Below are positions 50,496 to 59,959 of a DNA stretch of 64,000 nt, in pieces. Position 1 is the first letter of the stretch; each line of letters opens with the position of its first letter. Below the pieces are notes generated by a model, which was not told the origin of the DNA, ran no database searches, and was given only the letters and a program-made list of their open reading frames with translations. Both the position numbers and the translations under genes were made by a program. Origin of the DNA: Amoebidium appalachense (Eukaryota > Protista > Ichthyosporea); NCBI GenBank assembly GCA_963693365.1, contig CAVNZM010000008.1, positions 9,667,793-9,731,792 of the forward strand. The letters run 5' to 3'.

Positions 50496-51230
50496 TCAAG
50501 GCCAGTTGATATCTCCGTCTGAAGACTCGGAAGACGCCCCAGAGCTGCTGGCTTCACTGGCTCGTGCCCTTTTCTGCTGTCCCCGTGTCAAGGTCTTGGA
50601 CTCGGAAGACGAGTGCTCCTCAGAAGACGAGTACTCCTCAGGTCCCCATAGCAAGGTCTTGAACCAAGGAGGCACTTCCTCCTGTACCTCCGACCCAGAG
50701 CTTTTGACTTCCTCTCGTGTCCTCTTCTGCTGTCTTCGTGGTTTCTCCCGTGTCTTGGACCCCTGTGTGAAGGTCTTCCAGTTGAACCAAGGAGGCACTG
50801 GAGAATGGTGCTCCTCCTCCGACCCAGAGCTTCTGACTTCCTCTCGTGTCCTCTTCTGCTGTCTTCGTGGTTTCTCCCGTGTCTTGGACCCCTGTGTGAT
50901 GTGCAAACGTGAGCGCTGCAGGGGCTGGGGGGCCAAGTCCACGGGATAGGAGCTGCCATGCTCGCCAGCACGAAGTGCAGGTGCCGCTGCCAGGACAGGG
51001 GGTGCCACGGTCAGCGCTGGGGGTGCCACGGTCAGCGCTGGGGGTGCCACGGTTGCTGCTGTAGTGGTGCGCTTGCTTAAAGCCATGCGGGCGTGCCTAG
51101 CAAGGGCGCGCGCGAAACGGGCCTGGGTGTCCCGCAGGGCCTTTGCATCCTCCTCCAAAGTCTTGAGTCTTGTCTCTATTTTTTCAGCGCGCCTTTCTAG
51201 ATCTTTGATGTCTTTAGAACTCATTTTCAT
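50496..51230 (-). CDS. Hypothetical protein, ~244 aa: N-terminal coiled coil, TVAPPAL repeats and a duplicated basic/acidic block
   Basis: First ATG at 51230; TATA ggcatataaaagc on the minus strand at ~51308-51320; TQGSKTREKPRRQQKRTREEV occurs twice. Confidence 0.8.
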   Translation of the reverse strand: MKMSSKDIKDLERRAEKIETRLKTLEEDAKALRDTQARFARALARHARMALSKRTTTAATVAPPALTVAPPALTVAPPVLAAAPALRAGEHGSSYPVDLAPQPLQRSRLHITQGSKTREKPRRQQKRTREEVRSSGSEEEHHSPVPPWFNWKTFTQGSKTREKPRRQQKRTREEVKSSGSEVQEEVPPWFKTLLWGPEEYSSSEEHSSSESKTLTRGQQKRARASEASSSGASSESSDGDINWP

Positions 51231-52124
51231 GACAGTTGGATGTACGTTGTGTGCCAAGGGAGAAGCTAGCTAACATGGAAAAGGTGTGTGGATTGAAGAG
51301 AGTATGGGCTTTTATATGCCGTGCCCGGCTTTGGCATCAGATGCTTTATTGCATTAGATTGGTTGGATATACCCCAGCCGCGACGCTTGATTGGATCTAG
51401 AGATCGCGTGAACATCTGATTGGCTAATTGTCATTTAGGCATCTTGGTGTATCCGATAAGTTGGGGCTCAACCAAATCTGCTGACTGATTGATGAATTCT
51501 GATTGGATCAACAAGAGCATGTTTTGACTTGAGAATTGTCATTTTGACAGATTGGATTGTAATCCGATCTTTGCAACTTGGCCATCAGTGTTTGAACACA
51601 ATGTATTTTGATGTAGCAACTCCTAAAAAAACACGAATATGCTTCCCAACAATTACGAGCATTATTCTGTCTATCAGGGATACAAAAATTGGTCAGGAAA
51701 AGTACACAATCACATATGTCACTTTTTGAGCAGCACTTAGGAAACTCGCGCTCACGTGGATCCAATACTTATACACCAACCAGAAGTGTGCGCACAAAAA
51801 GGGGTCCGAGCTGGATACAAATGGCTTGGTGTGTGTGTGTGTGTGTGTGTTTTATTTTGCATTGTGTAAGGGGCGCTTTTTTTTGTTCACACTGCTTTAC
51901 TTCGTGTAAATAATCAGTGGCGAGTTTTTTTAGTTCACGGTGTGTTTGCGCATCATAGGATTTTGCTTTATTTTGCACTGTGTAAGAGGGACGGTTTTTT
52001 TGGGTCACACTTTTGCTTCGTAAAAATAAGAGGGACGTTTTTTTTTTGTTCACACTGCTTTGCTTCGTGGATAGAAAGATAGAAAAACTAAACACCTCCT
52101 GCCCAACCGGCTGCAAACGACACA

Positions 52125-52469
52125 ATGGATGAAACAGATACACAGCGCCAAGATGCACACACCAAGCAGCTGCAAGAGACCAACAAGATGCTGAAGGAGG
52201 CCAACGAGGGGCTGCACGGGCTGATCCAGCAGCTGAGGGAGTTGAACAACGACATGGACAAGGACAACGACGCGCTGCGCACAATGAACAAGAACCAGCG
52301 GGAGGTGATCAAGGGCCTGCAAGAGGAGCGCAACAAGGTGTGCGAAGAGAACAAGAATTTGGTGGTGGAGAACCAAGAGCTGCAGCTGGAAAACGACAAG
52401 CTGAAGAAGCAAAAGGACTTTCTACGGGCCTGTCTCATACGGCTGGGCCAGTCCGCTAAGACTCCATGA
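52125..52469 (+). CDS. Coiled-coil protein, 114 aa
   Basis: Continuous heptad repeats (L..EN..L) and strong GC3 codon bias. Confidence 0.8.
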   Translation: MDETDTQRQDAHTKQLQETNKMLKEANEGLHGLIQQLRELNNDMDKDNDALRTMNKNQREVIKGLQEERNKVCEENKNLVVENQELQLENDKLKKQKDFLRACLIRLGQSAKTP

Positions 52470-52519
52470 AACGGATTGATACAATCATGAGGGATAACAC
52501 TTGCGAGTGATTTCAGAAT

Positions 52520-52663
52520 ACCAGAAGAGGGTAGAAATCAGTGCCCTGTACACAGAGCATGCCTATAGGCTGTTTAGACACCACATGTGTAGGGCACTGC
52601 CTCTTGGCACCAACCAGAAGAGGGCAGAAATCAGTGCCCTGCACACGGGGCATGCCTATAGGC
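52520..52663. repeat. Inverted ~1.5-unit copy of the 92-bp satellite
   Basis: accagaagagggtagaaat..gtgccctg...gcatgcctataggctgtttagacaccaca is the reverse complement of the 46626 unit with a few substitutions. Confidence 0.9.
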
Positions 52664-52672
52664 AGTGATGGG

Positions 52673-52809
52673 GTGAGTAGGATGAGTAGCTTGAGTACCT
52701 ACTCATCTGGTCTCCCCCCGGGTGTTCCAATTTCCTTTTGGATTGAGATTTAGGTATACCCGTAGCCCACAGTAGATGAGTACGTACTCATTCTACTCAT
52801 CCTACTCAC
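52673..52809. repeat. 36-bp inverted repeat built from TGAGTA iterons
   Basis: Arms 52673-52708 and 52774-52809 match at 33/36 positions, with a 65-bp spacer. Confidence 0.9.
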
Positions 52810-53139
52810 TATATGACAATTGCATATTTTTATACCTAAAAAGGAAACCTTTACCATATTTGGGTGAGTAACATCTAGTGGGGGAAACTTGTCTGTGTTA
52901 CTCAGAATGAGTACCCTGAGTAAGATATTGTTACTCATGAAACAAATAAAAAACCATTAATTTTATGCTCAGAGTAACTTGAATTCAGGGCAAAGGAAAA
53001 CGTTGGCTTTTTTACAAATTTGTGTGCGCACACACAAGCATGCGCTCGGACGACACGTTGGGTGTGGCCCTGCTTATATACGCGTGCTGCACCATCCGGG
53101 GCGCAGTCGCACACACACACGCACTGCGAGATACCTGCA

Positions 53140-53658
53140 TTATTCTCTACACTGCCGCCTATTTTTCTGTACTGATTCATATAACTGCAGCGACAGAATG
53201 TCGCACCCCATGTCATGCCAAAGGAAGTCCTTCAAAAAGTCGATTCGCAGAAGGGTTGTTCGTTTTCTCTTTGCCTCCATGGGGACAGCTCGTCCCTCGC
53301 TCATGCCCTCCTCCTCCGTCGGATCCCTCGGTGGCAGCAGCGACAGCGTGGTGTCCCAGCGCTCCCAGGTCAGCCGAAACGACTTGCCCCAATCCAGGTC
53401 GATGGTCACCGCATCCCCGGCCCCCTCCAGTGGACACGTCGAAAACACCAGGTGGTTGAGTCCAGTCCTGTTCGACGTTTCCACCGACTGCAGCGGCAGC
53501 ATCGTGTCCGACAGCATCGTGTCGCCCTTGCCGAGTCTTGCGTGGAGCTGTAGCGGCCGTCTCGCCACCCTGCCGGCGCCGTTCGAGTCGAACGTCATGC
53601 TGGATACAAGCAGCGACAGCCGATTGACAAATAGCTTCAGGTCCTGCTCAAAAGCCAT
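53140..53658 (-). CDS. Hypothetical protein, ~172 aa (MAFEQDLKLFVNRL...)
   Basis: ATG at 53658 with ggtataaaagc ~53 bp upstream on the same strand; globular-looking composition. Preferred over the antisense 351-aa ORF. Confidence 0.65.
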   Translation of the reverse strand: MAFEQDLKLFVNRLSLLVSSMTFDSNGAGRVARRPLQLHARLGKGDTMLSDTMLPLQSVETSNRTGLNHLVFSTCPLEGAGDAVTIDLDWGKSFRLTWERWDTTLSLLPPRDPTEEEGMSEGRAVPMEAKRKRTTLLRIDFLKDFLWHDMGCDILSLQLYESVQKNRRQCRE

Positions 53659-53749
53659 GGTCGGTTCTGGTGCAGATTCAGACTGGCAGCTCCCCGTGTC
53701 AGACACACGCTTTTATACCCTCCAGAGTCCCCGCCTGCGTCGGCGCACA

Positions 53750-54222
53750 CTCATTCGCAAGGTGCCAGTTCTCGAGGCGCTGCATGACCACGAGTGCGCG
53801 CTTGCGTGTTTCGGCGTGTGTGTACGTGGGCCCGACACGGTGTGTGAGGTGCTGAGCGTGCGCTGTTGCACAAGCATGTGGACCGCAGGTGTGCAACCGG
53901 GAGACATTGTGGTGGCGTGCGAGATCAAGCGCGCAGAATCCGGGTGGCGCAAGGTGTCCCTCGAGCTCGAGGAGGGTGCGTGGACCAGCAACCTGTGCGC
54001 GGCTGGGTGCAAGCGGAGAAAGTGGTTTCACTAGACAGGGTGCTTTTGGAGTCGGATGCGGACATTTTCCGGGGGAGGGGCATGTCACACCGAAGAGGTC
54101 GGTCGAAAAAGAGAGGTCAGAGGCGTATAAAAAAGTACGTGTATGCCGATGAGTTCATGCCGAAATACCGGAGACTGGTGCTCCGACAGAGCGTGCGAGT
54201 AAAGCGCCACAAGGTGCACTGA
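53750..54222 (+). pseudogene. Possible frameshifted PDZ-like protein with a basic tail
   Basis: EVLSV...SMWTAGVQPGDIVVA resembles the PDZ pattern V..V...S.A..AGL..GD.I; coding-like sequence continues in another frame (VVSLDRVLLESDADIF...). No clean start codon. Confidence 0.3.
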
Positions 54223-54444
54223 TGTTTATGTTTATTTTTCTGATGTGAAAAATCCCCACATTTTATTTTGCCTGATGTCAAAAATCCCCACATTTTATCA
54301 TAGAAGTTTTTTAATACAAAACAATGTGCATAACAAAACCCAGGATCACACCAATGTACGAGTCCAACCCATGAGTTTTCTATCCTCTAATGGTCCTGCG
54401 AGATCACACCAATGTACGAGTCCAACCCATGAGTTTTCTATTCT

Positions 54445-55815
54445 CTAATGGTCCTGCCTCTGGCATTCCTCCCTGTGCTCATGCCAATGCGTAATCTGGC
54501 AGGCCTCATTGCAGTAGTATGCGCGCCTGCAGGCTGAGCACTTCTTGGTGCAACGGGTAGCGCCGCAGGCCAGACACACCGACGACGGCAGCTGATCGAC
54601 GAAGTGCTTGATGGCCCGGTTGCACCAGTCAATCAGACACAGTTGCTCGATGTCCAGCGCGAGCCAATAGTTAGGGCTTGCCATCCTCGCACGCCGCCGA
54701 GCCATTTCGTCCATGGTGCATGGGGTGAGGCCGGCAGACTCGCACAGTACCCGCATCGCCATCTTCATGACGGTTTCGGCTCCCCTGCTGAGGTTGCCTG
54801 CGTGCGCGGCAGTGTAGTCCGGCTCCCGCACCACGTAGCGCTGGAAGACCGCGAAGTGCCTGACCCCCGTGAAGTACACAGCCTTATTGCGGTCGGCCCT
54901 CGTCACCGTTGGGTCCCCCCTCTGTGTCCGTTCAACTATAATACGCACCTCCTCCGCCAGGACCGCGTCCCATTTCATGTAGCGCTCCCTGTTGGAAAAG
55001 ACACGGAGGTCTCTGTCGTGGAGAACTTTCAGCATCAGGTCGCAGACGGGGTCCGATTGCAAATGCAAGTGGGCATCGAAGGTGTGGACGACGATCTGGT
55101 GTTTGGACAAAGAATCTATCGGCTCGGGGGGGTGGGTAGGGGGCTCCTTGGCGAGACACGACGTGGACGGTAACTTGTCCACAAAGTGCTGGATGGCACG
55201 TTCAGCCAATTCACAGAACACAACGTCGTCCATGGCATCTTCCCCAACGCTGGATGTAAACACACCCAAGGGGGAATCGACTGGCTGTTGGCTGAAGTAT
55301 GCGATGGGACGGGCTGTCAGACCGGACCGCTTGCACAGCGCCCTCACCGTCAGCAGGAAAAAGCTGCCAACCCCGTCGCAGATTTTGCCCTCATAAAACG
55401 CGTCATAGTCCGCCGCCCCTAGGACGTAGCGCTGGAAGGCGGTGTAGAACGGGAATGCGAGAGAGTGCCTATGCTTAAGCAGGAGGTGTCGCGCAGCCTC
55501 CTCAAGCCCCTCCTGCCCCAGGAGGGTTTGCAACCGTGTCGGCACAAAGGACATCTCATTCTCAAAGGCTGAACGGAAACCATCAAAGAGCTCCTTTGTG
55601 TCGAAGATGCGGAGGTCGCCGTCTCTTCCAATGTCCAGCATGTGGGCCCTGACAACGGTCTTTTCGAGCTGAAATTTGTCGTTCAGCGCATAGACAATGG
55701 CGTCATACTGATCCTTGGCATCCGAGTAATGGAGGCGGACGGCGAATGGTAAAAGCCCGCACCGTTTAACTGGATTGTCAATTCCAGTGCGTGGACGAAA
55801 ACTTGTGTGGAACAT
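54445..55815 (-). CDS. MYND zinc-finger protein, 456 aa, with an internally duplicated unknown domain
   Basis: C-terminal CLAC...CSACRRAYYCNEACQITHWHEHREEC is a MYND consensus; catataaaagc ~70-80 bp upstream. Confidence 0.9.
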   Translation of the reverse strand: MFHTSFRPRTGIDNPVKRCGLLPFAVRLHYSDAKDQYDAIVYALNDKFQLEKTVVRAHMLDIGRDGDLRIFDTKELFDGFRSAFENEMSFVPTRLQTLLGQEGLEEAARHLLLKHRHSLAFPFYTAFQRYVLGAADYDAFYEGKICDGVGSFFLLTVRALCKRSGLTARPIAYFSQQPVDSPLGVFTSSVGEDAMDDVVFCELAERAIQHFVDKLPSTSCLAKEPPTHPPEPIDSLSKHQIVVHTFDAHLHLQSDPVCDLMLKVLHDRDLRVFSNRERYMKWDAVLAEEVRIIVERTQRGDPTVTRADRNKAVYFTGVRHFAVFQRYVVREPDYTAAHAGNLSRGAETVMKMAMRVLCESAGLTPCTMDEMARRRARMASPNYWLALDIEQLCLIDWCNRAIKHFVDQLPSSVCLACGATRCTKKCSACRRAYYCNEACQITHWHEHREECQRQDH

Positions 55816-56175
55816 TTCTGTAGTGAGAGCGCGCGCCCGAATGAGAGGATAGTGAAAGTGACAGGGATCAGCCTCGACCTAGCGCTTTTATATGTGGCTC
55901 TCCGGTCAGTAAAGCACTGGTATGGCATGCCCACGGCGCGATCAGATTGGAGATCATCTTATTGATAGATTACGTCTCACGCGCTGAATGGTCAGTCGCG
56001 ATTGGATAGTACATATAAATTCCGATCGTCTCTTGTAATTGGTCAATTTTGACTCGATCAGATATATCATGTCCATCCAAACAAAACGCGATAGCTGTCA
56101 GCCTGGCAGGCAATTAAAGCCGCGACTCAGCGCTATGCTGACACTTTTCACTCTTCCTGTTTCTCTTCACCGACA

Positions 56176-56613
56176 ATGTCCGGTCCACCATCTCCAAAGG
56201 CCGGCCCTGACCCAGCCGAGCAGCCTGCCAGTCCACGGCCCCCAGGGTCATTTGCCGCGTGGCCTCCCGAATGGCAGCAGTACCTGTACGAGGAGGCAAA
56301 GCGTGACCTCGACCGTGCGCGCGCCAGCGAGCTGGAGCTGCGGCGCAAGTACAAGGTGCTGCGCAAGAAGTATCTGCACCTCAAGGCCAGCGTGAGCCTG
56401 TACCGTATGACATGGAGGACCCTGAAGAACCTCAGCGACCCCGAGGAGTCCATCCGCCGAGGAGTACCCCGCCGAGGAGCGCCCCATTTGCATCCTTGAG
56501 CTCCGAGGAGGAGCGCCTCGACAAGAAGCCCCCCGAGAAGAAGCGCGCGCGGTCGCCCGAGGACACTTCAGGCGCCCACCGAGAAGCGCGGCCGTGCTGG
56601 ACACGAGGAGTAA
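56176..56613 (+). pseudogene. Coiled-coil/NLS protein, apparently frameshifted after ~codon 92 (intact ORF 56176-56499)
   Basis: GAG/AAG-rich coding-style sequence continues in alternative frames (EEYPAEER, SSEEERLDKKPPEKKRARS, PTEKRGRAGHEE*), ending at a TAA followed by AATAAA. Confidence 0.55.
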
Positions 56614-57021
56614 ATAAAAATTGCCACTTCCTCTTCCACACCTGTGTTGTGGACCGTAGCGCTTGCATGCATGGTGCTGCTCGTGCTGCTTGCCGCGTGC
56701 TGGCGCTCAGGGGGGGGGGGGGGTCTTGTTGTTTGTGTTAATGCACCCACAGCGTGCCCTTTGTGACACTTGCAGTGGGTTGTTGTTGTTGCCTTTTACA
56801 ACCACCGCTCTGGACACAAGATCGAACAGCTATCAAATTGACCATATATATGACAAAGAAAAACAAGGTTGCCAAAGATCATTGTAGCAGTGCGTCCTCC
56901 GTCTTGGCGCGCCCTACGTCCCAGCGGTTTTTAGGTTCCATTAGCACTGCGATGCATAATCTCTGTGTGTGCTCCCCGAGTTGCTGGGGAGGGGGCGCTC
57001 CAAACTATCTCTTCGGAAGGT

Positions 57022-57276
57022 ATGACTTCTCCGAACATTGCAAACCTGAGATTTGACAACCCGAGTAACTCGTGGGTGCGCAGGGATGACATTGCCGCCG
57101 ACCCGCACGAGTACCACCTGACCATCGACAACAACACGCGCTTCATGCTCTACATGGGCACTTCATTGGACGACCATGATGCACAGCTCAAGAGCGCTTC
57201 GATGTGGAGGGGCATAGCGCTTGCATGCATGGTGCTGCTCGTGCTGCTCGCCGGCGTGCTGGTGTACAGGTGGTAG
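57022..57276 (+). CDS. Small tail-anchored membrane protein, 84 aa
   Basis: ATG at 57022; C-terminal hydrophobic helix GIALACMVLLVLLAGVLVY followed by RW*. Confidence 0.65.
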   Translation: MTSPNIANLRFDNPSNSWVRRDDIAADPHEYHLTIDNNTRFMLYMGTSLDDHDAQLKSASMWRGIALACMVLLVLLAGVLVYRW

Positions 57277-57327
57277 GGGGGGGGGGGGGGGGGGGGGCCA
57301 CATTCATTTTCTACCCTTTCTTTAGCA

Positions 57328-57765
57328 ATGGCTGAACCATGCAGACCCCCACACAAGAGAGTATTTCCATGCACCGACTGTGCCCAAACGTTCACCACAA
57401 ACGCAAGCATGAAAAGACACCGTGCCGCAACACACTCCGAGAAACGCCCTTACACGTGCCCCCATGAAGGCTGCTTTGCTACCTTTACCCGCAGCGATTA
57501 CATGAAGCTGCATGTGCGAATGCATACCGGTGAGCGGCCATACGTCTGTGACACGTGCCCGGCCGACTTCCCGTACCCTGCCGCACTGTGGTGGCACCGG
57601 CGCTTAGTCCACAAGGAAAACAAGACGCCAAAACAGCCTGTGCGGAACACCCTCAGGTGTCCGTCTGTGGGATGTACATCTGCGTTCAACCGGTCGGCTG
57701 CCCTCAACTGCCATGTCAGAGCCGCGCACCCCGAGCTGGTGGGTTCAGCATCCGAGCAGATATAA
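57328..57765 (+). CDS. C2H2 zinc-finger protein, 4 fingers, 145 aa
   Basis: Four Cx2-4C...Hx3-4H motifs with SEKRPY and TGERPY linkers. Confidence 0.92.
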   Translation: MAEPCRPPHKRVFPCTDCAQTFTTNASMKRHRAATHSEKRPYTCPHEGCFATFTRSDYMKLHVRMHTGERPYVCDTCPADFPYPAALWWHRRLVHKENKTPKQPVRNTLRCPSVGCTSAFNRSAALNCHVRAAHPELVGSASEQI

Positions 57766-57826
57766 ATACCCCAAACACAAGGCGACACCCGTCAGATATT
57801 ATCTAACCATATATACAACGGACAAC

Positions 57827-58321
57827 ATGGAAGATCTGTACATGAAGATAGCAACGGGTATGTCCGAGAACGAGCAGCTCAAGCTTGCAGCATACGAGGA
57901 GTTTGAGAGGACAACAGGCACTCGCAACAACTGGTTGGACGCGGACATCGTTGAGCAACACGAGTGGACGGAGGAGCAGATTCATACGTTCTGCCGTACT
58001 CTGGTGGCATATTCCCACCCGGACGGTGCGTACATCTTCAAGCGTTTCAAGGATGGGAGATTCGTCTTCGAGATCAAGTCGAAGAAGAATGTGGCCGACA
58101 TGCTGTCCAAGTACAAGTTCAAATACAACCCGACAGGCAAGAAGATAAAGATATACAAGGGATCGTGGCACTTGGACAGCAGTCATATGGTCGTTTACCA
58201 CGGTGGCATCGTCTTCGACCGCAACGACCCCGATCCCGAGACTGGCGTTCGCAACCCGCGTTACACGTCTACCCATAGCCGGACGTTCAACATTTTCCAG
58301 GGCGACGCATCGAAAAATTGA
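57827..58321 (+). CDS. Stand-alone paralog of the N-terminal domain of the downstream SF3 helicase, 164 aa
   Basis: EWTEEQIHTF...VA and IVFDRNDPDPETG.R.P....R.FNIFQG align with the helicase EWAREEVEEF...VA and IIFDPADPDPKTG.R.P....R.YNIYRG; TATAAAT at ~57761. Confidence 0.85.
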   Translation: MEDLYMKIATGMSENEQLKLAAYEEFERTTGTRNNWLDADIVEQHEWTEEQIHTFCRTLVAYSHPDGAYIFKRFKDGRFVFEIKSKKNVADMLSKYKFKYNPTGKKIKIYKGSWHLDSSHMVVYHGGIVFDRNDPDPETGVRNPRYTSTHSRTFNIFQGDASKN

Positions 58322-58426
58322 GAGTTTTCTGGACCCGGCAGCCCCAACCCCAAGGGTATAAAAGGCAGAAAATTCAGTATTTTCCAGCAGTGTCCCTGCG
58401 TAAATATTTTCTCAGCAATACTAATA

Positions 58427-59953
58427 ATGCAGACACACCAACAAACTGGACAAGAGACAATGTTTGGCATCGATCAAGAGCGTATCAGAAAGAGAAGCAA
58501 AGAGCGCTTTGAAGCATTTGAGTATCTCGGGGCTGATGCCTATAGGGGGCTGATGATGAACCCAGCGACCTGCGAATTCAGAGAGTGGGCGAGAGAGGAG
58601 GTGGAGGAATTCATAGGCGCCAATGTTGCACACATCAGCGGGACAACTCTATTTGTCCTGAAAACATTTGACCATGAGATTAAACAGCATGTTGCAAAGA
58701 TCGTCAGCAAGCAGGAAATCTATGCAACACTTTCACTCTTTTCATTTCGGCAGCCAAACATGAAGGTTGGAAAACAATGGAAGCCCCAACCTCCAATTAA
58801 TGGGACAGAAATCTTAAAAACAACCGCAATCCCCATCTACACCAAGATCATCTTTGACCCAGCTGATCCTGACCCCAAAACCGGAAAACGAAAGCCAGAC
58901 AATACCGATTCGGTCTATCGTCCATACAATATCTATCGAGGACTCCGTTTCAATTTTGACCCAGAGTACTGTCTGCGTCAAGACCTGACCAGCTCGTTCC
59001 ACGAGCATGCCAGAAGGGTTCTGTGCAACAACCGGGAAGACGAGTACAGTTATCTGCGGATGTGGGTTGCCCACCTGTTTCAGTACCCTGGAAGCAAACC
59101 AGGTACAGCACTGCTGTTTGTATCTGAACAAGGAACCGGAAAGAACGTGTGGTGGCAGGCAATCATGGACATCCTTTCACCAGAGTACTACGCCTATGTC
59201 ATTCACCGGGAGCACATGTCGGGAAAGTTCAACCAGCACATTGCAAACAAACTTCTTGTGCTGTGCGACGAGGTGACGTGGGGTGGTTCACACGAAACTA
59301 ACAACTTAATGAAGGCGCGCATTACACAGCCCACCATGATGTTGGAGAAGAAAGGATGTGATGCAATCAACACCAACTCGTATGAGCGATATGTTGTCTT
59401 GTCTAACGAAGATTGGCCTGTACGTGTGGAGACCAGTGATAGGCGATGGGCATGTTTTGGGGTCAGTCCGGAACGGATTGGTGACCACAAATACTTCGAG
59501 GCCTTTGTGGAGTATCACAGACGTCCTGACGTATTGGCAGCAATTTACCACGACTTCATGAACATGCCAGACATCCCCCAAACAATGCCCAGGCCTATGG
59601 ATAACGACACAAAGATGAACATCAAATCGATTAGCCGGAGCGACGAGGCTCAATTTCTCAAGGACCTCATCTCTCACACAAATGGCTGTGAGGAGTTTGA
59701 CTTCATTTACAGCGGCTGTGCTGTTACCCCTACAGGCCTGTTTCAGCTGTACCAAGCTTGGCACAAGATCAATGCCCGAGACACAAAACTGCCAAGCAAC
59801 CGGACTTTTGGGATGGCTATCAGGAAAATTCTGGGCAAGCCGAAGACTACACTGGAAGCAAACATCTGCAGATGGCCATACCACCCCCCAACCGGTACCA
59901 GCGCGAAGGCAGATTGCTATATATTATGCCCAAGAGCCATTGCTAAGGCTTGA
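58427..59953 (+). CDS. Superfamily 3 (D5/NrS-1/DUF5906-like) helicase, 508 aa, with no primase domain evident
   Basis: Walker A SEQGTGKN, Walker B LVLCDEV, motif C VVLSN, Arg finger SDRRW, upstream YL..W.AH..Q.PG.K.GTA, and a winged-helix-like C-terminus LFQLYQAW...SNRTFG; gtataaaag at ~58357. Confidence 0.93.
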   Translation: MQTHQQTGQETMFGIDQERIRKRSKERFEAFEYLGADAYRGLMMNPATCEFREWAREEVEEFIGANVAHISGTTLFVLKTFDHEIKQHVAKIVSKQEIYATLSLFSFRQPNMKVGKQWKPQPPINGTEILKTTAIPIYTKIIFDPADPDPKTGKRKPDNTDSVYRPYNIYRGLRFNFDPEYCLRQDLTSSFHEHARRVLCNNREDEYSYLRMWVAHLFQYPGSKPGTALLFVSEQGTGKNVWWQAIMDILSPEYYAYVIHREHMSGKFNQHIANKLLVLCDEVTWGGSHETNNLMKARITQPTMMLEKKGCDAINTNSYERYVVLSNEDWPVRVETSDRRWACFGVSPERIGDHKYFEAFVEYHRRPDVLAAIYHDFMNMPDIPQTMPRPMDNDTKMNIKSISRSDEAQFLKDLISHTNGCEEFDFIYSGCAVTPTGLFQLYQAWHKINARDTKLPSNRTFGMAIRKILGKPKTTLEANICRWPYHPPTGTSAKADCYILCPRAIAKA

Positions 59954-59959
59954 ACAATT

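Noticed and set aside
52979-54034. 351-aa plus-strand ORF
   Set aside because: Non-ATG start and Ser-rich antisense character over the minus-strand gene 53140-53658, which has its own TATA box; only the distal PDZ-like part is kept, at low confidence.
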